From assembly GCA_964646795.1 (NCBI GenBank), contig CAZYHL010000002.1, forward strand, positions 1 to 34,256: a DNA stretch of 34,256 nt, read 5' to 3'. The first letter of the stretch is position 1; each line of letters opens with the position of its first letter. The notes under the pieces are model-generated. The model was not told where the DNA came from and did not search any database. It saw only the letters and a list, made by a program, of their open reading frames with translations. Of the stretch, positions 24,731-33,866 are shown one piece after another. This DNA is from an uncultured Syntrophomonadaceae bacterium (GTDB lineage: Bacteria; Bacillota; Dethiobacteria; PWVN01). The position numbers were made by a program, and so were the translations under genes.

Positions 24731-26098
24731 TTAGCGGCGGGTTAAAGCCGCAAAATTTATCCCCTCGTTCAGGGTCGGGTGGACGTGAATCATTTCCCTT
24801 AAGTCTTCCAAAACCGCACCGAAACGAAGCGCCATGACCAGCTCATGAATCAAGTCCCCGGCATGGGGCGCCATGATTAAGGCGCCTAAAAGCTTTTCCG
24901 TACCTTCTTCATAAATTAGCTTAATAAAGCCCGCCGTTTCTTTCATGGCTTGAGCCCTGCCCAAAAACCTCAAAGGATAAAATATTGTGCCGCTGGCAAA
25001 ACCCTGCCGGCGGGCTTCTGCTTCCGTTAAACCTACGGCAGCAATTTCAGGATCCGTAAAAATAGTGAAGGGAACAATGCGGTTCTCCAGGGAAAAGGCT
25101 TCGCCTTGGTTAAAATAGCGAGACAAAAGGTAGGCGTCATGGCGGGCGGTATGGGTATACATGGGCGGCCCCGTTACATCCCCCATAGCCCAATGGCTGT
25201 CCACCGCTGTTTTTAGGGAAGAGTCTACTTTGATAAAGCCTTTTTCATCAAGTTCTATCCCTGCCTTATCGAGATGAAGTCCGTCCGTGTTGGGCTTTCT
25301 CCCCGTAGCCGCCAGCAATTTTTCCGCGGTGAAAATTTCTTCCTTTCCTTCCAAGTCAACGGTAATCCTGGTTGATTCACCGTCCCGGCTTACTCCTCTG
25401 GCCTTCGCTCCGAAAAATACCTTCACGCCTTCCTGCCGGAGTACTTTTAAAAGTTCCCGGCCGGCCTCTTCCTCTACATGAGGAATCAGGCGGTTAGACC
25501 TTTGTAAAACCGTTACCCGGGAACCGAAACGGGCAAACATCTGGGCAAATTCCACAGCCACCGTACCGCCGCCCAGGATGACGAGGCTTTCGGGAACCTC
25601 CCCAAGCTCCATGATGGTAGTGGAAGTCAAGCAGCCTGTCTCTTCCAGGCCTTTAACAGACGGAAGCAGGGGGCGGGCACCGGTACCTATAATAATGCGC
25701 TCTCCTTTTATTTCCCTGTCACCTACTCTGATAATCCCGGGAGACTGAAAATGAGCCTCTGCCTCAATCAGTGTAAGCGCTTCGATGTCGGCTACTGCCC
25801 GGTGGGCATGTTTCAACATTCTTTGTACCAGTTCGTTCTTCTTAGCCACAATCAAGGCAAGGTCGACCTTGCCGGCCGCCGCCTCTTTGAAGCCATAATC
25901 TTTACCCCGCCTAGCATATTCGGCCACTTTGGCCGCATGAATTAAATCCTTGGAGGGGATACAGCCGATATTGGGACAAGTTCCTCCCAGGGGTCCCTTC
26001 TCCACCAGAGCGGTCTTATGCCCCTCCCGGGCCAGCCTGACAGCCAGGGTGAAGCCCGCCGAACCGCCTCCTATGATAACGAAGGAGTAGTTTTCCAT
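24731..26098 (-). CDS. class I pyridine nucleotide-disulfide oxidoreductase (dihydrolipoyl dehydrogenase/glutathione reductase family)
   Basis: 455 aa with the FAD site IIGGGSAG, the redox-active disulfide GGTCPNIGCIPSK, the NAD(P) site LGGGTVAVEFA, and the C-terminal interface motif HVHPTLNEG. Confidence 0.9.
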   Translation of the reverse strand: MENYSFVIIGGGSAGFTLAVRLAREGHKTALVEKGPLGGTCPNIGCIPSKDLIHAAKVAEYARRGKDYGFKEAAAGKVDLALIVAKKNELVQRMLKHAHRAVADIEALTLIEAEAHFQSPGIIRVGDREIKGERIIIGTGARPLLPSVKGLEETGCLTSTTIMELGEVPESLVILGGGTVAVEFAQMFARFGSRVTVLQRSNRLIPHVEEEAGRELLKVLRQEGVKVFFGAKARGVSRDGESTRITVDLEGKEEIFTAEKLLAATGRKPNTDGLHLDKAGIELDEKGFIKVDSSLKTAVDSHWAMGDVTGPPMYTHTARHDAYLLSRYFNQGEAFSLENRIVPFTIFTDPEIAAVGLTEAEARRQGFASGTIFYPLRFLGRAQAMKETAGFIKLIYEEGTEKLLGALIMAPHAGDLIHELVMALRFGAVLEDLREMIHVHPTLNEGINFAALTRR

Positions 26099-26138
26099 AC
26101 TTAAATCCCCTTTCCCGATTTTTACCGCCAGAATGCAG

Positions 26139-29100
26139 TTAGAGTTTTAGCATCAGAGAGCCGTTAAAATAATAAAGGTATTTCTCCGCCACCTCCTCTT
26201 GCCAAGCGGCCTGAACGGCCCGGGCATATAAATTTATTTGTTCCCTGTATCTGTCCGCCAGCTTCTCTGCTTCAACCCCGGCAGTTCTATCCGTCTTGTA
26301 ATCAAGCAGAATGAGGCCGCCTTTTTCCTCCCGGAAAAGACAATCAATTACTCCCTGGACGAGTACCTCTTCGCCTTTTTCACCGGGGAGAGCTTCTTCC
26401 CGCCAGTGGGGGTAGACTTCCTCAGCCGGCAAAACCAAACTGAAAGACAGCTCCCGGTATACCTCCGGGGCTGCTGCAAGCCGCCTGCCCAGGGGTGTTC
26501 GGAAAAATGAGACAATCTGCCGGGGATTAATGGCCCGGTAAGCTTGTGCCTCTATTTGGCCAGCAGCGGCCATTGCGGTCAGCTTGGCTTTGATTTCTGC
26601 TTCAGAGGGCAAAATGCCCCGATCCCAATCCAAATGCTGCATCACAAAATGGTATGCCGTCCCTCTTTCGGCGCTCTTCAAACCTTCCCTGCCTAGAAAA
26701 CGAGGCCTGAAGGGCGGCTGCTTCTCACCGCCCCCGGCAAAGGGATACGGCTCGCCCTCTTCCTCCAGGCGGCGACTTTTGATTTCCGAAACAGTCAGCT
26801 TGGCCCGATGGAAGGGTGAAAGCGCACAAGGGTATTTCCAGGTCAGCCGCCTTTCCACCTCCGGAGCATCGGGCCCGGGAGCGCCTACCGGTTTTAAAAG
26901 AGTTATCCGGGCTCTTTCCTCTTTTTTTGCTGTTGTTTCTTCCTCCTCCCCCGCTCCGGCGGCAAGGGGCAAAAGTTCTCCTGCCGAAACCATGGTAAAA
27001 CACCAATGTGAGCGCTCCTTATCCTCGACAACACACACCGGGTCTATTCCGGCAGCCTGCCTGAGGGTCAAAGCCTCAGGATGACGAAGCAGGGCAGGGC
27101 CGAGCCAATCCAAACAACTCTTGGCCTTGGCCCGATAAAAAGCAGGCAGAAGCGAACCTCCTCCGGGAGTCAAGGCCGGCAGCCACTTTTTCGCTTCTTT
27201 TGGGAGATTCTTGACGGAGGCAACCAGATAAAGCTTCTCCTCTGCCCTGGTCATGGCTACATAGAGGATGCGCATTTCTTCCGCCAGCATCTCCAACTCC
27301 AATTTGGCCTTTACGGCAGTAAAGGGAAGGGTGGGATAGCTTACCCGTTGAAAGGTATCAATAAAGCGGGGGCCAAAGCCTAAATCCTTGTGAAGCAAAA
27401 AATCCTGATAAAGGTCCTTCTTATTAAACTGCTTGCCCAGGCCGGCGACAAAAACTACCGGGAACTCCAACCCCTTGCTTTTATGGACAGTAATAATCCT
27501 GATAACATCTTCCCGCTCTCCCGCAGCCCGGGCTGAAGCTAGGTCGCCGCCGCCTTCCTGGAGTTTTTCGATAAATTTGAGAAAGCGGAACAAGCCCCTG
27601 AAGGAACCTTCTTCATACTGCCTGGCCCTTTCATATAAGGCCCTCAAATTAGCCTGACGCTGCTGCCCGCCAGGCATTCCCCCCACAAAATCATAGTAAC
27701 CTGTTTCACGATACAGCCGCCAGACAAGGTCCGGGAGGGATTCTTCCCGGGCTTTTTCCCGCCAGCCTTCCAGCCGTTCTAAAAAAGCGGCGGTTTTTAA
27801 AGGCAAATCGTCGTCTTCCGCTGCCGCCGCACTCGCGCTATACTCCTTAACCGCCTCATAATAAGGGCTGCGGGGCGCAGCCAGGCGCAGGTGCGCCAGG
27901 TCTTCGCCCTTGAAGCCAAAGAGGGGGGAACGCAACACGGCAGCCAGGGGAATATCCTGGTAAGGGTTATCAATAACCTTGAGGAGAGAAAGAATCACTT
28001 CCACCTCTACGGCGGCAAAATACCCCGAATTAAGCTCCGCATAGGCAGGCAAGCCGGCCTCCTTGAGCGCTTCCAAAAAAGACGGGGCATAACTTTCGGT
28101 TGAACGCAAAAGGATAACAATATCCCGACAGTTTATGGGCCGATATTCTTTCTTTGCCTTATCATAAACATAAGCCCGGGGAGAACCGTTCCGCCCTAAA
28201 AGTTCCTTGATTTTTAAAGCTATCAGGCGGCCTTCCAGCAGGCTGCCAACCGCTTCCTCTCTGGCTTCTTCCTCCCTGTCGTTATCCGGGGCGGCAATAT
28301 CCTCCTCCCCCAAGGATCCCCCTTCCGTGTCCTCCAGGGAAACGAGGAGAAACTCCCCTTCTTCTTCCGCCGCTGCGGCCAAGGCCGGGAAAGCAGCGCC
28401 ATAATCAAGCCTTGCCTTGGCATCATACTCAATCTCTCCGACTTTTTCGTCCATTATCTGTCCGAAGAGATAATTCACTGCTGCCAGCACTCCCCGGCGG
28501 CTGCGGAAGTTACGGGACAGGTCTATCCTGCGGCCGCCTTCGCCGCCGGCAGCAAAACGCCGGTATTTCTCGAGGAAGAGTCCGGGCTCCGTTAGACGGA
28601 AGCGGTAAATACTTTGCTTGACGTCTCCAACCATAAATAAGTTGCCGTCGGTGCCGGAGCCGCCGCGGGACACCAGCTTGAGGATAGTTTCCTGAATTTC
28701 ATTGGTGTCCTGATATTCGTCCACCAAAACCTCCTGAAAACGCCGCCGGTAATCCAAAGCCGCCTCAGACGGCACAGGCTGCCCGGGAAGGGAACCGGGT
28801 CCGCTTAAAAGGGCAAGGGCATGATGCTCCAGGTCAGAAAAATCCAAAAGCCCCTTTTCTTCCTTGGCCTCCCTGTACCTGTCGGCAAAAGCGCCGGTCA
28901 ACTGCACCAAAGCCTCCACCAGCGGAGCAAGGGTCATTATTTCTTCTTTCTGTTCCTCAAAGGAACGGCTGAAACATTCTTTTTTAAGATTGTTAAAATA
29001 TTTTTTCGCCTTATCCCTGAGTTCCCTGGCCCTCTCAGCGGGGGCAGGGTCATAAGCATCCTTTTTTAACGGTTTTAGCCTGTCGAAAGTAGCTTGGTGC

Positions 29101-29951
29101 ACAGCCTCAAAAAAAGCCGGCCAGCCTTTTAAAGCTTCCTCCCTGAGCCTCTTAAAGGCAGTTAGCTCCGCGCTGATTGTCTCCAGGTAGGGAGTCGGGC
29201 CGCCGGGAGCGGCAGCGGTTTCGCCGGCCGCCATGAGCAGGCTGATTATATTTTCTATTTCCATTAAAGCAGTTGAGGCTATGATTTGATGCCAGGAGCT
29301 AATCCCCGGGTCGTCCCCGTTTAAGCGGAAGGCGCAGGCTGTCTCATCGAGCCAGTTTTCCGGCCAGGGATGGCTCCGGGAGAAAAAGTAAAGACGCAAA
29401 ACCAACTGCTGCAGGGCGGCATCCCCCCGGGAACCGCTGTAAGCCTCCGCCAGGCGGTAAAAAGGGCTGTTCTCCTCATTCTCGTCATAATATACTTCCA
29501 GGGTTGCTTCCAAAATTTCTTGCCTGAGCAGGTCTCCTTCTTTTTCCTCTAAAATGCGATAGGAGGGGTTCAAATCCTTAAGGTAAAAATATTTATGCAA
29601 CACCTCGGCGCAAAAGGAATGAAGCGTGGAAATTGAGGCCTTGTCCAGCAGCAAAGCCTGCCGCCTGATATGGGATGCGTCCGGCTGCTCTTTTATGGCT
29701 TCCTCCAGGGCTTTGCCGATGCGCTGGCGCATTTCGGCAGCGGCGGCATTGGTAAAGGTTACGACCAGCAGCCTGTCCAGGTCTAAGGGCTCTGTGCCGG
29801 CCACTACTTTGCGGATTATTCGCTCAACCAATACCCGAGTCTTGCCCGAGCCCGCTCCGGCGGCCACCAGCAGATCCCCGGTCGGCAAGGTGATGGCTTC
29901 CAGCTGTTCCCGTGTCCATTCAGTAGTCCTGTCAGGTTTGTGTTCTGTCAA
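26139..29951 (-). CDS. addA: helicase-exonuclease AddAB, subunit AddA
   Basis: 1270 aa with UvrD-type motifs (GAGSGKT, DEYQDTN) and the C-terminal RecB-family nuclease motif GVIDCLF...LLDYKTD. Its TTG start abuts the addB stop (TAATTG). Confidence 0.95.
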   Translation of the reverse strand: MTEHKPDRTTEWTREQLEAITLPTGDLLVAAGAGSGKTRVLVERIIRKVVAGTEPLDLDRLLVVTFTNAAAAEMRQRIGKALEEAIKEQPDASHIRRQALLLDKASISTLHSFCAEVLHKYFYLKDLNPSYRILEEKEGDLLRQEILEATLEVYYDENEENSPFYRLAEAYSGSRGDAALQQLVLRLYFFSRSHPWPENWLDETACAFRLNGDDPGISSWHQIIASTALMEIENIISLLMAAGETAAAPGGPTPYLETISAELTAFKRLREEALKGWPAFFEAVHQATFDRLKPLKKDAYDPAPAERARELRDKAKKYFNNLKKECFSRSFEEQKEEIMTLAPLVEALVQLTGAFADRYREAKEEKGLLDFSDLEHHALALLSGPGSLPGQPVPSEAALDYRRRFQEVLVDEYQDTNEIQETILKLVSRGGSGTDGNLFMVGDVKQSIYRFRLTEPGLFLEKYRRFAAGGEGGRRIDLSRNFRSRRGVLAAVNYLFGQIMDEKVGEIEYDAKARLDYGAAFPALAAAAEEEGEFLLVSLEDTEGGSLGEEDIAAPDNDREEEAREEAVGSLLEGRLIALKIKELLGRNGSPRAYVYDKAKKEYRPINCRDIVILLRSTESYAPSFLEALKEAGLPAYAELNSGYFAAVEVEVILSLLKVIDNPYQDIPLAAVLRSPLFGFKGEDLAHLRLAAPRSPYYEAVKEYSASAAAAEDDDLPLKTAAFLERLEGWREKAREESLPDLVWRLYRETGYYDFVGGMPGGQQRQANLRALYERARQYEEGSFRGLFRFLKFIEKLQEGGGDLASARAAGEREDVIRIITVHKSKGLEFPVVFVAGLGKQFNKKDLYQDFLLHKDLGFGPRFIDTFQRVSYPTLPFTAVKAKLELEMLAEEMRILYVAMTRAEEKLYLVASVKNLPKEAKKWLPALTPGGGSLLPAFYRAKAKSCLDWLGPALLRHPEALTLRQAAGIDPVCVVEDKERSHWCFTMVSAGELLPLAAGAGEEEETTAKKEERARITLLKPVGAPGPDAPEVERRLTWKYPCALSPFHRAKLTVSEIKSRRLEEEGEPYPFAGGGEKQPPFRPRFLGREGLKSAERGTAYHFVMQHLDWDRGILPSEAEIKAKLTAMAAAGQIEAQAYRAINPRQIVSFFRTPLGRRLAAAPEVYRELSFSLVLPAEEVYPHWREEALPGEKGEEVLVQGVIDCLFREEKGGLILLDYKTDRTAGVEAEKLADRYREQINLYARAVQAAWQEEVAEKYLYYFNGSLMLKL

Positions 29952-32900
29952 TTAATCTCCCTCCTCTTCCGAGCGGGTAACAGCTGCCTCGATTTTCCGC
30001 AGTATGACATCATCTTTGTCCCACCGCAAGAAGCGGTACCTGTTCCCCGCCAATTTGGGATCAAACTGGCAGACCGCCTTATGCGGGCAGAAGCGGCAAG
30101 CTTTCTTCTCTTTCAAGCTGGAGGGAGCGATGCTGATTTCGCCCGCTGCTATGTCCCGGGAGGCTTCTCTAATACTTTTTTCAATAAATTCACCCAGCAT
30201 TGAAAACTCCCGCAATTCAAACAAACTGCTATTTTTATGGAAACCTCCGGCTGTTAAAGCCAAAGGTACAATCGCCGAGCTGCCGCCGGTCAAATTTTTA
30301 TCCATCAGCCGGGCCGCTTCCAAATCCTTAAGCACTCTCCCTTCCATTCTGGAGGCCTTGAATAGTTTTTTCTGGGCTTCTTCCGGAGAAAGGGGGGTTT
30401 TTTCTTTCAGCAAGGGAGACTGGATTGAGAAATAAAGCGCTCCGGCCGGCAGGACCTCTTCCCCCAACTGCTCTGCCGCCATATCCAAAGCGATACCGAG
30501 ATAGAGAAGAAGCTGGAGGGAAAGGCCGTAGTATATTTCCGCCGGATCCAGCTTTGTGCTACCCGATTTATAGTCCACCACCCGTAAATAATACCTGCCG
30601 TCGCTGCCCCTTGCTATGTCAATACGGTCAATCCGTCCCCGCAGACGGACAAGAGTGCCGTTCTCCAAACGAAAAACGGGACCCGCCGCCGCTTCTCCTG
30701 CGCCGAAAGAGACTTCCAAACCTACCGGTTTGAAGCAGCCGCCGCGAAACTGCTCTCTTATAACCAGTGCGGCCCTTTTAACTGTTTCTTTGAGCTGGTT
30801 GCCGAGATAACGGTAACGGTTGGAGCTAAGGAGGATTTCTCCCTGCAGTAAAGGCATCAGCTTTTCGACTTCCGTTTCGATAATCTTTTCCAGGGAATCT
30901 ATGTCCAGGTTCTCCCAGTCCAGCCCTTTTTCCGCCACAGCCTTGAAAAGACGGTAAAGGGCGGCATGGTAGAAGCGGCCAATGCCGGGATAGTCCAGGC
31001 GGTAAACAGGGCGCTCTTGCAGCCGAAGCCCGTAAGAGATGAAATGATTGAAGGGGCAGGCCTTATATTTTTCCAGCCGGGAAACACTGACTCCCAGGGC
31101 GGAACCGTATAGCCGGCGGCTGGTCCTTGCAGTAAGCCGTTCTTCGTTATTGGCATAAAAGACACCCGCTAAAACTCTTTTTACTTCCTCATGCCATTCT
31201 TCCCTCGAAGCATACCAATTGTAGAGGTCCCACCAAAGAGAAGCCAACCTTTCACCCCGGTCCCAGGCATTTAGCTTTACTGCAAGGTGGGACAGGGCAC
31301 GGCGGGGATGGGCAATGTAAGCCATGCCACCCTCTTCTTTAGGTTCCTGAAGAAGTTCCTCCTCGATGGTCAAAGGGAAAAGACGCTTGAGCCGGGAAAA
31401 GACGGCGGCAGGCATAAGAGCTTTCCCTTCCGCATCGGCCAGTGCAGTGCTGACCCTGAGATATGCGGAGGAACGGGTCAACACCTGATAGGTCAGGTAC
31501 TGCTCGTCCAGCATCTGCCGCTTGGCTCCGGGCGGCAGTTCTAATCCGGCGTTAATCAGGTCTTCTCTTTCTTCCTCCGTAAAGAAGCCTGTCTCCTTGG
31601 GGGCAGCAGGAAATACCCCCTCATTTAACCCTAGGATAAAAACAGCCTTGACAGCTCCGGGGCGGGTTCGCCGGGGTGTTCCGACCAGGACACCGTCCAG
31701 GGAAGGGGGGACCAGCTTCAACCGCAGACTGTCCAGCCCCTCCTCCACAAGGCGGGTAAAATAGGAAAAGGCTACCTTTTCCTCTCCCATTATTTCCACC
31801 AGCTGGTCCATCATAGCGACAACCAGGCGGTAAACCTGAAGATGTTCTCTCCCCTTCTCCGCATTTCCAGCAGCATAAGCTTCAGCCTGCCACTCTTCCA
31901 GGCGGCGGTAAACCGCGGTATCTTCCAACAGTTGAAAGAGAAGCGCCGTTTTATCTCTGATCGTTGCCGCTTCCTTCATTTTTTCCTTTAGTTTGAGCAA
32001 CGGAGCGCTTATTTGCCTGCGGGTGTCGTTTATTTCTCGTAAAAAAGCTTCCGCCTTGCCCGAAGCTTCCCCGCCGCCGAAATCGTCCAGGGAATCCGCT
32101 TTTTGATAAGGCCAGTCTTCCTGCTTGAACCAGCCGGAGCCTCTTATGCCGAAGGCTAGAACGTAGTTTTCCAGGCGGCATAACCTTTCCCGCCACTCCT
32201 TAAGCTCTTCTTTTTTCAGCCCCGCCGGCAGGAGAAACTCCGTTTTAGCGCAACGAAAGCAGGCTTCATAAGGCCAGTTATGACTTAATACATCCAGGGT
32301 CGAACGCAAAAACTCCACCAGGGGGTGGTTAAGCACATCCCTTTTTTCATCCAGAAAAAAAGGGATTTCATAATCGGCAAAAACCGCCTTCAAAAGGTGG
32401 CGGTAAGCTTCTATTTCCCCCGCCATGACGGCAATATCCCGCCAGCGCAATTGTTTATCCCTGACCAGAGAGATAATTTCCCTGGCAACACCTTCCACTT
32501 CCGCCAGTCGGTTGGCTGCCGTCACCAGACGCAGACGGGGAAACTCCCCTCCCTCTTTATCACCAAAGGGTACGGGGGGATAGCTGTGAAACTCCTTTTC
32601 CAGATGGGCCAGCGGAGCACTCTCGCGGAAACGGTAAGGAGGTTCGTTTTTCAACACTTGGACAACTACCGGCAAGTTCAGCAAGCAGGCTTCCTGCTTC
32701 AAAAGAATTAAAGCTCGCGCGGCAGGGAAAAAAGGATTTAATTCGTTTAAAAGCTCGCCGGGAGGGTAATCCCTGTCCAGGCAAAAAGTTACGGTAACTT
32801 CAGCCGTGTGTTTGAGCAGTTCTCTTATAACCGCCAGTTCCTGGTTGGTATAGCTGTGGAATCCGTCCAGCCAAATCCTGCCTTTTTTTAAAAAAGCAGA

Positions 32901-33473
32901 TTGGGAAACCCCGGCGGCAAGTAAATCCAAACACTCCTCTGCATCCAGATAATCGGCTGCCAGCTCCGTCCTAATATGTTCCATAATGAGCGCCAGGTCG
33001 GCTATTTTTTGTCTTAAGTGGGGCGATAAAGCCTTGCTGTCGGTAACAGCCTCAAGCTGTTCAAGGGAGACCCGGGAACTTTTCAGCTCATTATAAGCCT
33101 CAACGACTCTTTCCACGATACCTTCCCGTCGGCTGCTTATCTTGGCGGCTTTAAGAGACGTCCGGCATCTCTCCAGAACTTTGCGGGCTACCATGGCCTT
33201 GCCGACATCATCTATATAAATCCGCCGGTCTCCGCCCGCCTCCTGCATCACCTTGAAAGCCAAACGGCGAAAACTCAAAACCTGGCCTCTGATGCTGCCT
33301 CGGATGTCGGAGGAACCGAGAAGGGCATATTCCGCCTGAAAGGTAGCCTGCTCCGGTGTTATGTAGATGAGAGGCGGCCCCTTTGGACTTATCTTTAATT
33401 CTTCCCTGATCTCATGCATGCATAGATGAGTCTTACCGCTGCCTGCCCGGCCGATAATAAGCCTGAGAGCCAA
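29952..33473 (-). CDS. addB: helicase-exonuclease AddAB, subunit AddB
   Basis: 1173 aa with Walker A GRAGSGKT, the nuclease motif GRIDRID...VVDYKSG, and Fe-S staple cysteines (KACPFNHF ... CRFCPHKAVC). TTG start lies 8 nt after GGAGG. Confidence 0.95.
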   Translation of the reverse strand: MALRLIIGRAGSGKTHLCMHEIREELKISPKGPPLIYITPEQATFQAEYALLGSSDIRGSIRGQVLSFRRLAFKVMQEAGGDRRIYIDDVGKAMVARKVLERCRTSLKAAKISSRREGIVERVVEAYNELKSSRVSLEQLEAVTDSKALSPHLRQKIADLALIMEHIRTELAADYLDAEECLDLLAAGVSQSAFLKKGRIWLDGFHSYTNQELAVIRELLKHTAEVTVTFCLDRDYPPGELLNELNPFFPAARALILLKQEACLLNLPVVVQVLKNEPPYRFRESAPLAHLEKEFHSYPPVPFGDKEGGEFPRLRLVTAANRLAEVEGVAREIISLVRDKQLRWRDIAVMAGEIEAYRHLLKAVFADYEIPFFLDEKRDVLNHPLVEFLRSTLDVLSHNWPYEACFRCAKTEFLLPAGLKKEELKEWRERLCRLENYVLAFGIRGSGWFKQEDWPYQKADSLDDFGGGEASGKAEAFLREINDTRRQISAPLLKLKEKMKEAATIRDKTALLFQLLEDTAVYRRLEEWQAEAYAAGNAEKGREHLQVYRLVVAMMDQLVEIMGEEKVAFSYFTRLVEEGLDSLRLKLVPPSLDGVLVGTPRRTRPGAVKAVFILGLNEGVFPAAPKETGFFTEEEREDLINAGLELPPGAKRQMLDEQYLTYQVLTRSSAYLRVSTALADAEGKALMPAAVFSRLKRLFPLTIEEELLQEPKEEGGMAYIAHPRRALSHLAVKLNAWDRGERLASLWWDLYNWYASREEWHEEVKRVLAGVFYANNEERLTARTSRRLYGSALGVSVSRLEKYKACPFNHFISYGLRLQERPVYRLDYPGIGRFYHAALYRLFKAVAEKGLDWENLDIDSLEKIIETEVEKLMPLLQGEILLSSNRYRYLGNQLKETVKRAALVIREQFRGGCFKPVGLEVSFGAGEAAAGPVFRLENGTLVRLRGRIDRIDIARGSDGRYYLRVVDYKSGSTKLDPAEIYYGLSLQLLLYLGIALDMAAEQLGEEVLPAGALYFSIQSPLLKEKTPLSPEEAQKKLFKASRMEGRVLKDLEAARLMDKNLTGGSSAIVPLALTAGGFHKNSSLFELREFSMLGEFIEKSIREASRDIAAGEISIAPSSLKEKKACRFCPHKAVCQFDPKLAGNRYRFLRWDKDDVILRKIEAAVTRSEEEGD

Positions 33474-33488
33474 TAAAAACGCCTCCGT

Positions 33489-33839
33489 TTACAAAATTGC
33501 CTCCAGTTCCGGGGTCTTAAACCCCAGGACAATTTTCTCTCCTCTGGTTATGATTGGTCGTATCAGAACCCTGGGATTTTCACCGGCTACCTTAACAGCT
33601 TCTTCCTCTCCGATGTTTTCCGGATCCACACCCATTTTTTTTAGGGTACGGCTTTTTTTATTAATCAATTCTTTTGCCTTTAAACCGTGTTGGGCGGCCA
33701 AGGCTTTTAATTCTTCTTCCTTAAAAGGGTCTTTGAGGATATCCCGGTAAATCAAATCAACGCCTTGCTGCAAAAGCCACGCTTTTGCTTTTCGACACGT
33801 GCTTCAGGCGGGAAAACAGTAAAAAACTGTATCAGTCAC
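33489..33839 (-). CDS. ArsC/Spx-family (arsenate reductase-like thioredoxin fold) protein with an in-frame TGA, probably selenocysteine, at codon 12 (UxxC)
   Basis: GTG 33839 lies 7 nt after AAGGAGGG. The frame reads MTDTVFYCFPA-TGA-STCRKAKAWLLQQGVDLIY... and continues into the track ORF 33489..33773. TGA (33806-33804) aligns with the first Cys of the family motif (Spx: SPSCTSCRKARAWL). The C-terminal LIRPIITRGEKIVLGFK is also family-typical. Total 116 codons, a normal family length. Confidence 0.7.
33770..33788 (-). promoter_or_regulatory. candidate bacterial SECIS hairpin
   Basis: The minus-strand RNA reads GCAAAAGC-GUG-GCUUUUGC, a perfect 8-bp stem. The stem starts 15 nt after the UGA. 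The G/U-containing apical loop begins 26 nt downstream of the U of the UGA, within the 16-37 nt range recalled for bSECIS. Confidence 0.5.
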
Positions 33840-33866
33840 AATGTAACCCTCCTTGTTTAGCTTGTT

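Noticed and set aside
26238-33000. Many 60-170-aa ORFs in other frames and strands within addA/addB (e.g. 26584..27084, 32325..32711)
   Set aside because: They are shadow ORFs inside two long, motif-rich genes, as expected at this G+C content.
33774-33839. ArsC/Spx-like gene as a pseudogene disrupted by a nonsense mutation
   Set aside because: This is possible in principle. It is disfavoured because the TGA sits exactly at the redox Cys column, the upstream start and SD are intact, there are no other lesions, and a perfect hairpin lies at SECIS distance. It stays the alternative hypothesis until Sec machinery is confirmed.
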